A stretch of DNA of 64,000 nucleotides from Candidatus Saccharimonadia bacterium (lineage in GTDB: Bacteria > Patescibacteriota > Saccharimonadia > UBA4664 > SCTI01), in the NCBI GenBank assembly GCA_046597065.1, contig JBKJLI010000002.1:180071-244070 (forward strand), read 5' to 3'. A program made the translations under genes and the position numbers. The notes under the pieces are model-generated. The model saw nothing but the letters and a program-made list of their open reading frames with translations, was not told the DNA's origin and searched no databases. Numbering within the stretch: position 1 is the stretch's first letter; each line of letters starts with the position of its first letter. This document shows positions 29,716 through 38,683 of this stretch, piece after piece.

Positions 29716-31029
29716 ATGAATTTGGCGACACTCAAGCAGGCAATCCGCTCTCCCGAATTACGGAAGCGGATCGCTGTGGTTCTGGGGCTGCTGGTAATAT
29801 TTCGTTTTCTTTCTTATGTGCCAGTGCCGGTGCCAGATAATGCCGCTTTGGCCGCCTTTTTACAAAAACTTTTTGCATCCAGTCAGCTGCTTGGGTTTGC
29901 TGATCTATTCTCGGGAGGAGGACTCAGTAACTTCTCGATCATCATGATGGGTTTGGGGCCGTATATTAACGCCTCAATCATCATCCAGCTAATGACCAAG
30001 GTGGTTCCTCGGCTTGAAGCACTTAGCAAAGAAGGCGAATCGGGTCGTCAACGCATAAATCAGTACACTCGATTGCTGACCCTACCCTTTGCCATCGTCC
30101 AGTCAATTGGTATGGTTGTGTTGATTCAGCAAACCTCAATTCGAATAGCCAATACCGATCTAATTGGACATCCCAGCTTAGGTCAATGGTTCCTAATGGT
30201 AGCTACTATCACTGCCGGCACCATGTTGCTTATGTGGATCGGCGAGTTGGTAACCGAGAGCGGAGTAGGAAATGGTATTTCTCTAATAATTTTGGCAGGT
30301 ATCGTTGCACAACTACCGGTTACAACTGCCCAATATCTTAGCTTAGCCTCGAACGATAGCGGAAAGATCCTTCAACTTATCTTGTTTGGCATAGGTGGCT
30401 TTGCCGTTATCTTTGCTCTGGTCATGCTTAATGAAGGCCAGCGATCGATCGCTGTTTCGTATGCCCGGCGAGTACGCGGTAATCGCATCTTTTCTGGTGT
30501 TGATACCTACTTACCGATTCGCTTAATCACTGCTGGAGTTATCCCAATTATCTTTGCGCTGGCCTTTTTAGCGGTACCGCCATTTATTGGCCAGTTGCTG
30601 GGAGGTTCAAGTACGGCTTGGGTAGCTAATATTGCTCATTCAATGACCACCTTTTTTGCCCAAACCAGCATTACCTACGCCATTTCCTACTTTTTACTTG
30701 TAGTAGTGTTTACCTTCTTTTACACCTCCGTGGTGTTTAGCCCAGATGATATAGCTGAAAATATGCAAAAACAGGGTGGTTTTGTTCCGGGCATTCGACC
30801 CGGTCGCGAAACCGCCACCTATCTACGCAATGTGGTTAACCGCCTAACGTTGGTTGGCTCGGTATCACTCGGAGCAATTGCGGTGTTGCCATTTATTGTC
30901 GAGCGGCTAACTCACACCCAGACATTGACACTAGGAGGTACCAGCCTACTGATCATCGTAAGCGTTGCATTAGAGACCATGAAACAGCTAGAAGCTCGTA
31001 CCGTACAAATTAGCTATGATAATTACTAA
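29716..31029 (+). CDS. secY: Preprotein translocase subunit SecY
   Basis: PYINASII.QL, GNGISL, PGIRPG, GGTSLLI. Confidence 0.99.
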   Translation: MNLATLKQAIRSPELRKRIAVVLGLLVIFRFLSYVPVPVPDNAALAAFLQKLFASSQLLGFADLFSGGGLSNFSIIMMGLGPYINASIIIQLMTKVVPRLEALSKEGESGRQRINQYTRLLTLPFAIVQSIGMVVLIQQTSIRIANTDLIGHPSLGQWFLMVATITAGTMLLMWIGELVTESGVGNGISLIILAGIVAQLPVTTAQYLSLASNDSGKILQLILFGIGGFAVIFALVMLNEGQRSIAVSYARRVRGNRIFSGVDTYLPIRLITAGVIPIIFALAFLAVPPFIGQLLGGSSTAWVANIAHSMTTFFAQTSITYAISYFLLVVVFTFFYTSVVFSPDDIAENMQKQGGFVPGIRPGRETATYLRNVVNRLTLVGSVSLGAIAVLPFIVERLTHTQTLTLGGTSLLIIVSVALETMKQLEARTVQISYDNY

Positions 31030-31037
31030 ATTATGTC

Positions 31038-31066
31038 TTTACAAACCTGATGATTATCTGTAGAAT
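31038..31066 (+). promoter_or_regulatory. infA / alpha-operon promoter
   Basis: TTTACA-17-TAGAAT. Confidence 0.75.
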
Positions 31067-31084
31067 GACTAATTGTAGCTCACT

Positions 31085-31324
31085 ATGACAGACACAAAGG
31101 AAGTAATCGAACTATCCGGAACCGTCCTGGAGACTCTGCCGAACGCCATGTTCAAAGTAGAGCTCGAGAACGGTCACCTTATTTTGGCCCATATTGCGGG
31201 CAAATTGCGGATGCACTACATCCGTATCCTTCCTGGTGACAAAGTGACTGTACAGATGACGCCCTATGATTTGAGCAAGGGTCGTATCACCTATCGCCAT
31301 CTTGAACGTAAAAAGGATTCTTAA
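31085..31324 (+). CDS. infA: Translation initiation factor IF-1
   Basis: [29 protein letters not shown]. Confidence 0.99.
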   Translation: MTDTKEVIELSGTVLETLPNAMFKVELENGHLILAHIAGKLRMHYIRILPGDKVTVQMTPYDLSKGRITYRHLERKKDS

Positions 31325-31328
31325 AGTC

Positions 31329-31442
31329 GTGAAAGTCCGCGCCAGCGCCAAGAAAATGTGCTCTAAATGCAAGATCGTCCGCCGCGAGGGGGTGGTTTAT
31401 GTCATTTGCGAGAATCCCAAGCACAAGCAGAGGCAAGGTTAA
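31329..31442 (+). CDS. rpmJ: 50S ribosomal protein L36 (not in ORF track)
   Basis: GTG start; [37 protein letters not shown]. Confidence 0.98.
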   Translation: MKVRASAKKMCSKCKIVRREGVVYVICENPKHKQRQG

Positions 31443-31828
31443 TGGCTCGAATTGCTGGGGTTAATATCCCCGATGCCAAGCGTGTAGAGGTTGCTCTTAC
31501 CTATGTCTACGGAGTAGGGCTAACAACCAGCCGCAAGCTGCTTGCAGATACTGGCATTGATGCTAGTACCCGAGTAAAAGATTTAACTGAAAACGAGACC
31601 TCTAAGTTACGTGAAGCCATCGATAAGAACTTAACGGTTGAAGGCGACTTACAGCGCTTGAACTCCCAAGCTATTAGCCGATTGAAGGAGATCAACTCGT
31701 ATCGAGGGTTACGGCATAAGAATAACCTACCGGTGCGCGGACAGCGTACTAAGACAAATGGCCGCACTAAGCGCGGCAAAAAAGTAACAATGGGCAGCGG
31801 ACGCAAGAAGTCTGCTTCTAAGACCTAA
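31442..31828 (+). CDS. rpsM: 30S ribosomal protein S13
   Basis: [25 protein letters not shown]; ATG overlaps the rpmJ stop. Confidence 0.99.
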   Translation: MARIAGVNIPDAKRVEVALTYVYGVGLTTSRKLLADTGIDASTRVKDLTENETSKLREAIDKNLTVEGDLQRLNSQAISRLKEINSYRGLRHKNNLPVRGQRTKTNGRTKRGKKVTMGSGRKKSASKT

Positions 31829-31852
31829 TCTGTAATCGAGTAAAGAGAGACC

Positions 31853-32251
31853 ATGGCCACTAAAACTGCAGCTAAAAGCACCCGTCGACGCAAGATCAAG
31901 CGCAACGTTCCTGTTGGGCAGATGCACGTGCATGCCACCTTTAATAACACCATTATCACGATTAGCGATGAACAGGGTAACGCATTGTCGTGGGCAAGCT
32001 CCGGTGCAGCCGGCTTTAAGGGATCGCGTAAATCAACGCCATACGCCGCTCAAATCGCGGCCGAAAAGGTAGCCAACGCTGCTAAAGATATGGGCATGCA
32101 GCGCATCAATGTTCAGGTTCGTGGTATCGGCAGCGGTCGCGAAGCTGCCATTAGGGCATTGGCAACCGTTGGGATTCAAGTGGCCAGCATAACCGACGTA
32201 ACCGGCATTCCTCACAATGGCTGCCGTCCGCGCAAGGCAAGGAGAGTCTAG
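31853..32251 (+). CDS. rpsK: 30S ribosomal protein S11
   Basis: [26 protein letters not shown]. Confidence 0.99.
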   Translation: MATKTAAKSTRRRKIKRNVPVGQMHVHATFNNTIITISDEQGNALSWASSGAAGFKGSRKSTPYAAQIAAEKVANAAKDMGMQRINVQVRGIGSGREAAIRALATVGIQVASITDVTGIPHNGCRPRKARRV

Positions 32252-32252
32252 G

Positions 32253-32870
32253 ATGGCACGCGATTTAACCCCAATCGTTAAGCGTTCTCGTCGCGAAAAG
32301 ACCGCCTTGCACCCTAAAGCCGTTAAGGGTTTAACGCTGCGCAACTACGCTCCTGGTGAGCATGGGCAATCAACTATTCGCGCCAAACTAAGCCAGTATG
32401 CGCAGCAATTACGTGAAAAGCAGAAAGTTAAACGGATGTACGGCTTACTAGAAAAACAGTTCGCACGATTGGTACGTGAATCAGAGCGTCGCCAAGGTAA
32501 GACCGGCGATATTCTGTTGCAACTATTAGAGCAGCGCTTAGATAACGTTATCTACCGCTTAAACTTTGCCATCTCGCGCCAGGCGGCTCGCCAAGTTGTC
32601 AGCCATGGCCACATCTTGCTTAATGGGCGTCGCGTTGACATTCCCTCGATTCAGGTTAAGCCAGGCGACGAGATCACCGTTCGGCCTAAAAGCTCCGACA
32701 ACCAATACTTCGCAATCCTAAAAGAGCAGATTAGCGGCAACCAGCCAACGATCAGCTGGCTAAGCCTTGATTCCAAGAAGCTAACCGCTAAGGTTACCGG
32801 AGCTCCCGCACGCGCAGACGTGTCCGAGGAGATTAACGAACAGTTAATAATTGAGTTCTACTCGAGATAA
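32253..32870 (+). CDS. rpsD: 30S ribosomal protein S4 (Cys-free type)
   Basis: QLREKQK, LE.RLDNV.YR, ARQ.VSHGH, IIEFYSR; AGGAG SD. Confidence 0.99.
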   Translation: MARDLTPIVKRSRREKTALHPKAVKGLTLRNYAPGEHGQSTIRAKLSQYAQQLREKQKVKRMYGLLEKQFARLVRESERRQGKTGDILLQLLEQRLDNVIYRLNFAISRQAARQVVSHGHILLNGRRVDIPSIQVKPGDEITVRPKSSDNQYFAILKEQISGNQPTISWLSLDSKKLTAKVTGAPARADVSEEINEQLIIEFYSR

Positions 32871-32890
32871 TAAAGAAAGGAATTAAGAAG

Positions 32891-33838
32891 GTGTTATACG
32901 ACATACAACTCCCAGCGATTAAGACCATCAAGGATGATGGCGATCGGGCAACGTTCGCGATAGAGCCACTTTATGCCGGTTACGGCATGACGCTTGGTAA
33001 TTCGCTGCGCCGCGTGATTTTATCAAGCCTAGGCGGTGCCGCCGTTACGGCCGTAAAGATTGATAATGTGGCTCATGAGTTTTCAACCATAGATGGCGTA
33101 AAAGAAGACGTGGTCGAGATTATTCTAAACCTCAAAAAACTACGCTTTAAGGTTTATAATGATGAGCCTCAGTTCATTATGTTGACCAAAAAAGGCAAAG
33201 GCGTGGTGACCGCTTCTGACGTTAAGACCAATGCCGATATTGAGATTGTTAACCCTAAGCAGCATATTGCTACTCTAGATAACGATAAGGCTCAGATTGG
33301 CATGGAGATTAAAGTAGAAAAAGGCCGCGGTTATATCCCTGTTGAAGCACGTGAGCACGAGAAGCTAGAGGTTGGCATGATTGCAATCGATGCTATCTAC
33401 TCGCCAGTAAAACGAGTCCGCTACAATGTTGAAAATACCCGCGTTGGGCAGGCTACCGATTTAGATCGATTGATCATCGAAGTCGAAACTGACGGCTCGG
33501 TTAGTCCATCAGACGCCGTTACTCAAGCTGCTGAAATCCTAGTTAATCACTTTGCCGTAATCGCTGGTCAAAGTGCACCGGCTGCTGCCGCTCCTGTCGC
33601 CATCGGTGCCGATGAAGTTAACGAGTCGAACGCCGCCAGTATCACAATTGAAGAGGTAAATTTTTCGCCTCGGACTACCAACGCGTTAATGAATAACGAT
33701 ATTCGGACGATGAAAGATCTGTTGCGCCTAACTGATTCTGAGCTAAAAGAGCTTAAGGGATTTGGGGCTAAGGCTTACGACGAAGTTCGTGAAAAAATTG
33801 CTGAGCTTGGTTTGGCATCAGGGAGCACAGAGGCCTAA
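32891..33838 (+). CDS. rpoA: RNA polymerase alpha subunit
   Basis: EPL..GYG.TLGNSLRR, HEFSTI.GVKED, C-terminal domain. Confidence 0.99.
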   Translation: MLYDIQLPAIKTIKDDGDRATFAIEPLYAGYGMTLGNSLRRVILSSLGGAAVTAVKIDNVAHEFSTIDGVKEDVVEIILNLKKLRFKVYNDEPQFIMLTKKGKGVVTASDVKTNADIEIVNPKQHIATLDNDKAQIGMEIKVEKGRGYIPVEAREHEKLEVGMIAIDAIYSPVKRVRYNVENTRVGQATDLDRLIIEVETDGSVSPSDAVTQAAEILVNHFAVIAGQSAPAAAAPVAIGADEVNESNAASITIEEVNFSPRTTNALMNNDIRTMKDLLRLTDSELKELKGFGAKAYDEVREKIAELGLASGSTEA

Positions 33839-33840
33839 AG

Positions 33841-34383
33841 ATGCATCGCCATGGTTATAAAGGTCGTAAACTGCAGCTGGCCGCCGGCCCGCGTAAAGCA
33901 CTCATTCGTGGTCAAGTGACCTCGCTAGTGCTACACGAGCAGATTACAACGACTGTAGCTAAGGCTAAAGAGGTCGCCCCTTACTTTGAACGCTTAGTTA
34001 CCAAAGCCAAAAAAGGTGATCTTCATAATCGCCGTCAGGTTGGATCTTTTCTTCTTACCGAAAAAGCAACTCAAAAAATGATGATTGAACTAGCGCCAGC
34101 ATTTAAGGATCGCGCCGGTGGATACACTAGGATTGTAAAATTAGGAAACCGTTTGGGCGATAACGCTCCAATGGCTACAATCATGTTAACCGAAAAGCCA
34201 GAACGAGCCGCCGAAGATAAGCTGCCTGCAAAGGTTAAGAAAACCACTGCCAAGCCAAAAGCCGTAACTAAAGCGGCCACGAGCACAATCGGAAAAGATA
34301 AATCTTCAGCGGCCGGTTCGGCTAAGTCTAACTCGAAAACCACCGTTAAGCGTACTGCTAGAAAGACACAGGCCAAGGGATGA
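33841..34383 (+). CDS. rplQ: 50S ribosomal protein L17 with Lys/Ala/Thr-rich tail
   Basis: MRH, I.TT..KAKE, R.GGYTRI.K, R.GDNA. Confidence 0.98.
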   Translation: MHRHGYKGRKLQLAAGPRKALIRGQVTSLVLHEQITTTVAKAKEVAPYFERLVTKAKKGDLHNRRQVGSFLLTEKATQKMMIELAPAFKDRAGGYTRIVKLGNRLGDNAPMATIMLTEKPERAAEDKLPAKVKKTTAKPKAVTKAATSTIGKDKSSAAGSAKSNSKTTVKRTARKTQAKG

Positions 34384-34817
34384 GAACTTACTCCGCTAAA
34401 CCCAAAGAAGTAAATCGTGAGTGGTTTATTGTCGATGCCGAGGGTATGACTCTTGGGCGTATGTCTACCGTCATTGCTACTCGATTGACTGGCAAGTACA
34501 AGCCCATTTACACCGCCCATATTGATTGTGGCGATAATGTGGTCGTGATTAACGCTGCCAAGGTTAAAGTTACCGGCAACAAACTGGAAGACAAGAAATA
34601 TTACCGTCATTCTGGATATCCGGGGGGAATAAAAGAAACGAATTTGGCCAAGTTAATGGAAACTCATCCCACACGAGCGGTTGAGTATGCTGTGCGTGGT
34701 ATGTTGCCCAAGAACCGGCTGCAAGACCCTCGAATGAAGCGACTTAAGATTTATGCCGATGCCGACCATCCACACGCACCACAATCACCTAAACCTTTAG
34801 GAGTCACCAATGGCTGA
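34380..34817 (+). CDS. rplM: 50S ribosomal protein L13
   Basis: W.IVDA, DCGDNVVVINA, HSGYPGG, AVRGMLPK. Confidence 0.99.
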   Translation: MRTYSAKPKEVNREWFIVDAEGMTLGRMSTVIATRLTGKYKPIYTAHIDCGDNVVVINAAKVKVTGNKLEDKKYYRHSGYPGGIKETNLAKLMETHPTRAVEYAVRGMLPKNRLQDPRMKRLKIYADADHPHAPQSPKPLGVTNG

Positions 34818-35211
34818 AACCGCTAAACAGTATTACTACGGCTTAGGCCGACGTAAAGAGGCAATTGCCACAGCCCGATTGTATAAGGGCGGTGGCGAAA
34901 TTATGGTTGGCGAAAAGACTGCCGCCGACTACTTTAATAACGCCGCATTAGGGCAGTTATTAGAACAACCAATCAAGCTGGCTGGTCATGAAAAGAAGCT
35001 GCGCACAACCTTAAAAGTATCCGGCGGAGGTAAGCGTGGCCAGGCTGACGCAGCACGTTTAGCAATTGCTAGGGCTCTTGAGGTAATGGATGCTGATCTG
35101 CGCACAACTTTAAAGAAAGCCGGATATTTAAGTCGTGACCCTCGCGAAAAAGAGCGCAAAAAACCTGGGCTTAAGCGCGCCCGAAAAGCCCCACAGTTTA
35201 GTAAGCGCTAA
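34810..35211 (+). CDS. rpsI: 30S ribosomal protein S9
   Basis: GRRK.A.A, RDPR..ERKKPG, PQFSKR. Confidence 0.99.
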   Translation: MAETAKQYYYGLGRRKEAIATARLYKGGGEIMVGEKTAADYFNNAALGQLLEQPIKLAGHEKKLRTTLKVSGGGKRGQADAARLAIARALEVMDADLRTTLKKAGYLSRDPREKERKKPGLKRARKAPQFSKR

Positions 35212-35239
35212 ACATCTCGAACTACATAGATTTAAATTT

Positions 35240-35270
35240 ATAAATAACCGCCAATGTGGCGGTTATTTAT
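35240..35270. terminator. Bidirectional terminator between rpsI and the ORFan cassette
   Basis: ATAAATAACCGCC-AATGT-GGCGGTTATTTAT. Confidence 0.9.
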
Positions 35271-35317
35271 TTGAGTAATTAAATTAAAATCATTTGGAGA
35301 TTATAAGTTCTAGTTAG

Positions 35318-35333
35318 ATGACAAAGTTGATAC
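35318..35333. repeat. Left arm of a 16-nt inverted repeat flanking the ORFan
   Basis: ATGACAAAGTTGATAC; its reverse complement matches 36088-36103 at 15/16. Confidence 0.9.
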
Positions 35334-35371
35334 CGGGTGGGGGAGAGGCGGTTGCCCCTCCCCCTAACCCG

Positions 35372-35998
35372 TCACTTCTTACGTTTGGGCCCGACCTTGC
35401 GCTTGCTGGTGTTCGCAACGGCAGAGCCGCGCGTCACCCTGACGCTTGTAGAGCCAGGAGCGTTAGCCATGATCTGTCGACGCTCCTCTTCGGAGACTCC
35501 ACCAAAGCCATTGACTTTGATTTCGTCCACGCGATCCATCACAGGCGTTGGCCTTTGACCCTTGTGGGTCCGAGGATGCCGACGAACTTCCTTGCTGCCG
35601 TACTGGCTCTGCAGTCGCAGCAGACTTTCTTCGTCGGCCGGAACTTGATCCATCAGGCGTTCTAGGCGAGCCGACACATTCAGCGCGCCGGTTGCAGACA
35701 GTGTCCGCTCTTGAACCATCTTCTGAATGCTGCTAGGCAGATGCCCAAACAGCCGGTGGTTCTCGATTTGCCGGAGCTTGTCGAGTCGGTTGCGCACGTT
35801 GTCGTCTTGATCGATGAACTTGTACCAGCTGCAGATCATGCGGGCGTTCTCGTAAGAGATCGCCGAATCACTGTTTAGCAGTACGCGCAAATCGAGTGGA
35901 AGCAGAGGGCGGCTGGCATGAGCCAGCATTTGCTTCTTCGAAAGCACCTCCCGCGTTGAGCCAACAGGCTCATTGGGCGGTTGTAGTTTTGTGGTCAT
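35372..35998 (-). CDS. Hypothetical protein (ORFan, 208 aa, basic C-terminus)
   Basis: Longest ORF in the gap; AGGAGG SD; own promoter; GC-richer than its neighbours. Confidence 0.7.
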   Translation of the reverse strand: MTTKLQPPNEPVGSTREVLSKKQMLAHASRPLLPLDLRVLLNSDSAISYENARMICSWYKFIDQDDNVRNRLDKLRQIENHRLFGHLPSSIQKMVQERTLSATGALNVSARLERLMDQVPADEESLLRLQSQYGSKEVRRHPRTHKGQRPTPVMDRVDEIKVNGFGGVSEEERRQIMANAPGSTSVRVTRGSAVANTSKRKVGPKRKK

Positions 35999-36103
35999 TA
36001 GACCCTCCTGTTATCAGAGGGTCTAATGTGACCCCGGTTTACAACCGAAGATCATTATATTGATCATCAGCTAAAAACCGGGGTCGAGTACCAACTTTGT
36101 CAT
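35996..36103 (-). ncRNA. Structured 5' leader of the ORFan
   Basis: Hairpin GACCCCGGTTT/AAACCGGGGTC (36030-36085) and a perfect 12-bp CATTAGACCCTC/GAGGGTCTAATG stem covering SD and AUG. Confidence 0.7.
36088..36103. repeat. Right arm of the 16-nt inverted repeat
   Basis: GTACCAACTTTGTCAT. Confidence 0.9.
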
Positions 36104-36146
36104 GAACGTACCTGACCAAGCAAAGCCTAATCGAGATAATTTACCC

Positions 36147-36175
36147 AATATAACATAACAGGTATGTTTAGTCAA
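36147..36175 (-). promoter_or_regulatory. Promoter of the ORFan cassette
   Basis: Minus strand TTGACT-17-TATATT with extended TGn. Confidence 0.75.
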
Positions 36176-36192
36176 GAGAGGATATAAATAGG

Positions 36193-36750
36193 TTAAAGCT
36201 TGTTTCGGCCGTATTTAAGGGCTTTGGCCATCCAGATAAGTTCGGTATAAGCGGCTGAAATTGATTTATCATACTGTTTTATATATTCTGGCTTTAAATG
36301 CCCATGTTCGAACATATCCTGTACATTTGGGAACTGAACATCGGTAAAAGTAGGCACTAGGCCCATTTCACGTACACTGCCTACTAACGCCTCGATTGCC
36401 CGAATTCCGCCCCAATGTCCACTAGAAGCTCCTGCAAATGCCACCGGTTTGTGGATATAGTGTTCTAATTCACTATCAAGCATACGTTTAAGTGATCCAG
36501 GGAAACTGTGGTTGTATTCTGGAGTCACAATAAAAAAGGCATCGGCCCATTTTACTATTTCGGTATAGCGTGGGTCTTTGCCTTCGGGGTCGTTGCCATC
36601 ATCAGGAAAATCAAACTCTGCCGGATCAACAAAGTGAATATCCAGCTCATTAAACTTCCCACCAACCTCTGCCACCAAGTGAGCCGCGTAAATTGACTCA
36701 CGCTTGCGCCGAGTGGTTCCCGCCAAAACCGCTACATGCAGCTGATTCAT
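36193..36750 (-). CDS. NAD(P)H-dependent FMN reductase (flavodoxin-like)
   Basis: GTTR..R.S, VTPEYNHSFPGSLK..LD, KPVA, WGG.RA; start placed at ATG 36750, 6 nt after TATGAT. Confidence 0.92.
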   Translation of the reverse strand: MNQLHVAVLAGTTRRKRESIYAAHLVAEVGGKFNELDIHFVDPAEFDFPDDGNDPEGKDPRYTEIVKWADAFFIVTPEYNHSFPGSLKRMLDSELEHYIHKPVAFAGASSGHWGGIRAIEALVGSVREMGLVPTFTDVQFPNVQDMFEHGHLKPEYIKQYDKSISAAYTELIWMAKALKYGRNKL

Positions 36751-36788
36751 TACTAGATCATAGCATAAGCGCGTTATATAATAAGATT
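36751..36788. promoter_or_regulatory. Back-to-back leaderless-type promoters
   Basis: TATGAT (minus, 36757-62) and TATAAT (plus, 36777-82), each 6 nt from its start codon; GCATAAGC between them. Confidence 0.7.
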
Positions 36789-37778
36789 GTGAGCAACCAT
36801 CGTACCCCATGGATTATTTTAGCCATCGCCATTGCGTTGTGGCTAGTTGGTGCCGCTGGACTAAGCAACTTTGAGCATATCTCGATAACAGAAAGCTTAT
36901 ATCAGTCGATACTGTTGATGCTGACTCACATTGTACATGTTGATATAGTTGACCCACGTGGTCGAATACTAAGTATCTTTCTGATATTGGCTAGCTTCGC
37001 ATTAATTGGCTATTTGCTTAAGTGGTTTGCCGAATATATGATTGGGGTTGGAGATAATGTTAGAAAGCGTCGTTTGCAAGTTAAAATCAACAAAATGAAG
37101 AACCATTATATTGTTTGTGGGCTCGGTCGAGTCGGTAGCCAAGTGGCTCGTGAGATGGATTTAGAAGGCATTGATTTTGTGGGTATGGATCGCGACCAAG
37201 CTAAAGTTGGTGAAGCTATATCTAATGGCTACGTAGCATTTGTTGCAGATAGCGCTAGCGAGGACGCCCTTAAAGAAGCTGGAATTGATCATGCTGCCGG
37301 GTTGGTGGCAAGCTTGGGCGAAGACTCAGCCAACTTGTTAGTGACATTAGCTGCCCGCGCCATAAATCCAAAGCTCTACATTGTGGCACGAGCCAACCGA
37401 GCCGATAACGAGGTTAAGTTAAAACGCGCCGGTGCCGATCGGGTAGCACTACCGTATCAAATTGGTGGTTATCATATGGCTTCAATGGCACTGCGGCCGA
37501 GCGTGGTTGATTACATGGACGTTATTAGCGCCACCGGGTCAACTACCGATCTTCAAGTAGAAGAGATGGTGGTTGGCGAGCATTCAAGACTGGCGGGACA
37601 TCGCTTAGGCAAAGCTTTAACTGAAGGTTCCATTGGTGCCACGGTGATTGCGATTAATGGTTCGGATGGTACTAGCCGAGTACGCCCAACCGGCCAAGAA
37701 GTAATTTATCCAGGTGACCGTTTAATAATTTTAGGCGCCAAAACTGATTTGACTAAGGCTTCAGATCTGATCAAATGA
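36789..37778 (+). CDS. 2-TM ion-channel-like protein with RCK (TrkA-N/TrkA-C) domains
   Basis: NHYIVCGLGRVG, AGI..A.GLVA, KLKRAGADRV, TrkA-C (PGDRLIILG); GTG start. Confidence 0.9.
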   Translation: MSNHRTPWIILAIAIALWLVGAAGLSNFEHISITESLYQSILLMLTHIVHVDIVDPRGRILSIFLILASFALIGYLLKWFAEYMIGVGDNVRKRRLQVKINKMKNHYIVCGLGRVGSQVAREMDLEGIDFVGMDRDQAKVGEAISNGYVAFVADSASEDALKEAGIDHAAGLVASLGEDSANLLVTLAARAINPKLYIVARANRADNEVKLKRAGADRVALPYQIGGYHMASMALRPSVVDYMDVISATGSTTDLQVEEMVVGEHSRLAGHRLGKALTEGSIGATVIAINGSDGTSRVRPTGQEVIYPGDRLIILGAKTDLTKASDLIK

Positions 37779-38665
37779 CCGAACACTGGCAACTCCCACC
37801 GGAGGCGGCCGGACAGCGCTTTGATGTAGCCCTGGCAACTGCCAGTGGCCGCAGTCGCAGCTCACTGGCTAAGTTATTTGCTAATGGCTTAATAACAGTT
37901 GGTGGCAATCCAGTTTTAAGTAAGCAGTTGGCTTCTGGTGGTGAAAAAATAGTGGTTGCTGTACCAGAGATTGATACCACTCTTCAGGCCGTACCGAATC
38001 TTACTATCTTATATGAAGATGATGACGTGTTGGCAGTAGATAAGCCAGCAGGGTTGGTTGTGCATTTAAGCGAAACTGGTCGGCCGCAGCCTACCGTGGC
38101 AGACTTTGCGGCTACTCATGGGGTTGAAGATGATGATATTGAGCGGCCAGGAATTGTACATCGACTAGATAAAGATACGTCTGGCGTTTTGCTGCTAGCC
38201 AAAAACCCTGATGCAAAAAGCTGGCTTCAGACCGCTTTTCGTGAACGGCAGGTGAATAAAACTTATTTAGCCTTAGTGCGGGGTAGATTGCAGCCACCAG
38301 AGGCGACAATTGATCTGCCGATTGGGCGAAATCGCAAACAGCCCACTAAACGTGCGGTAATGCCAGGCGCTCGCAAATCGGTAACGCACTATAAAACACT
38401 GCGACAGTATGGCGGTTATTCACTGCTAGAGATTGAACTTGAAACCGGGCGGACCCACCAAATTAGAGTGCACTTAGCTCATCTAGGCCATCCAGTGATT
38501 GGAGACGATTTTTACGGCGGACCCAGGCGACCCGGCTTAAGCAGACATTTTTTACACGCGGCTCGTATTTCATTAGAAGGCCCCAACGGCAAGCGGGTTG
38601 ATGTTAGTAGCCCGCTACCGTCAGAACTCCAAGCAGTAATCGATAAATTAGAGTCTGGAGTATAA
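37775..38665 (+). CDS. RluA/RluD-family pseudouridine synthase
   Basis: S4-like N-terminus, DKPAGL.VH, HRLDKDTSG, TGRTHQIRVH. Confidence 0.95.
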   Translation: MTEHWQLPPEAAGQRFDVALATASGRSRSSLAKLFANGLITVGGNPVLSKQLASGGEKIVVAVPEIDTTLQAVPNLTILYEDDDVLAVDKPAGLVVHLSETGRPQPTVADFAATHGVEDDDIERPGIVHRLDKDTSGVLLLAKNPDAKSWLQTAFRERQVNKTYLALVRGRLQPPEATIDLPIGRNRKQPTKRAVMPGARKSVTHYKTLRQYGGYSLLEIELETGRTHQIRVHLAHLGHPVIGDDFYGGPRRPGLSRHFLHAARISLEGPNGKRVDVSSPLPSELQAVIDKLESGV

Positions 38666-38683
38666 TTTAGGCATGGATATAAA

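Noticed and set aside
31367-31441. Upstream start for rpsM in the ORF track
   Set aside because: The region encodes rpmJ in another frame; S13 begins at MARIAG
35318-35736. Plus-strand ORFs 35318-35665, 35337-35558 and 35548-35736
   Set aside because: Antisense shadows of the longer minus-strand ORF, which has the promoter and SD; no properly spaced SD of their own
35318-36103. IS or MITE interpretation of the inverted repeat
   Set aside because: No transposase motif, no target-site duplication, the promoter lies outside the repeat, and the mismatch is a strand-specific G-U pair; not fully excluded
36693-36810. Overlapping long starts of the channel and the FMN reductase
   Set aside because: Both have -10 boxes 6 nt before downstream starts, which removes the overlap
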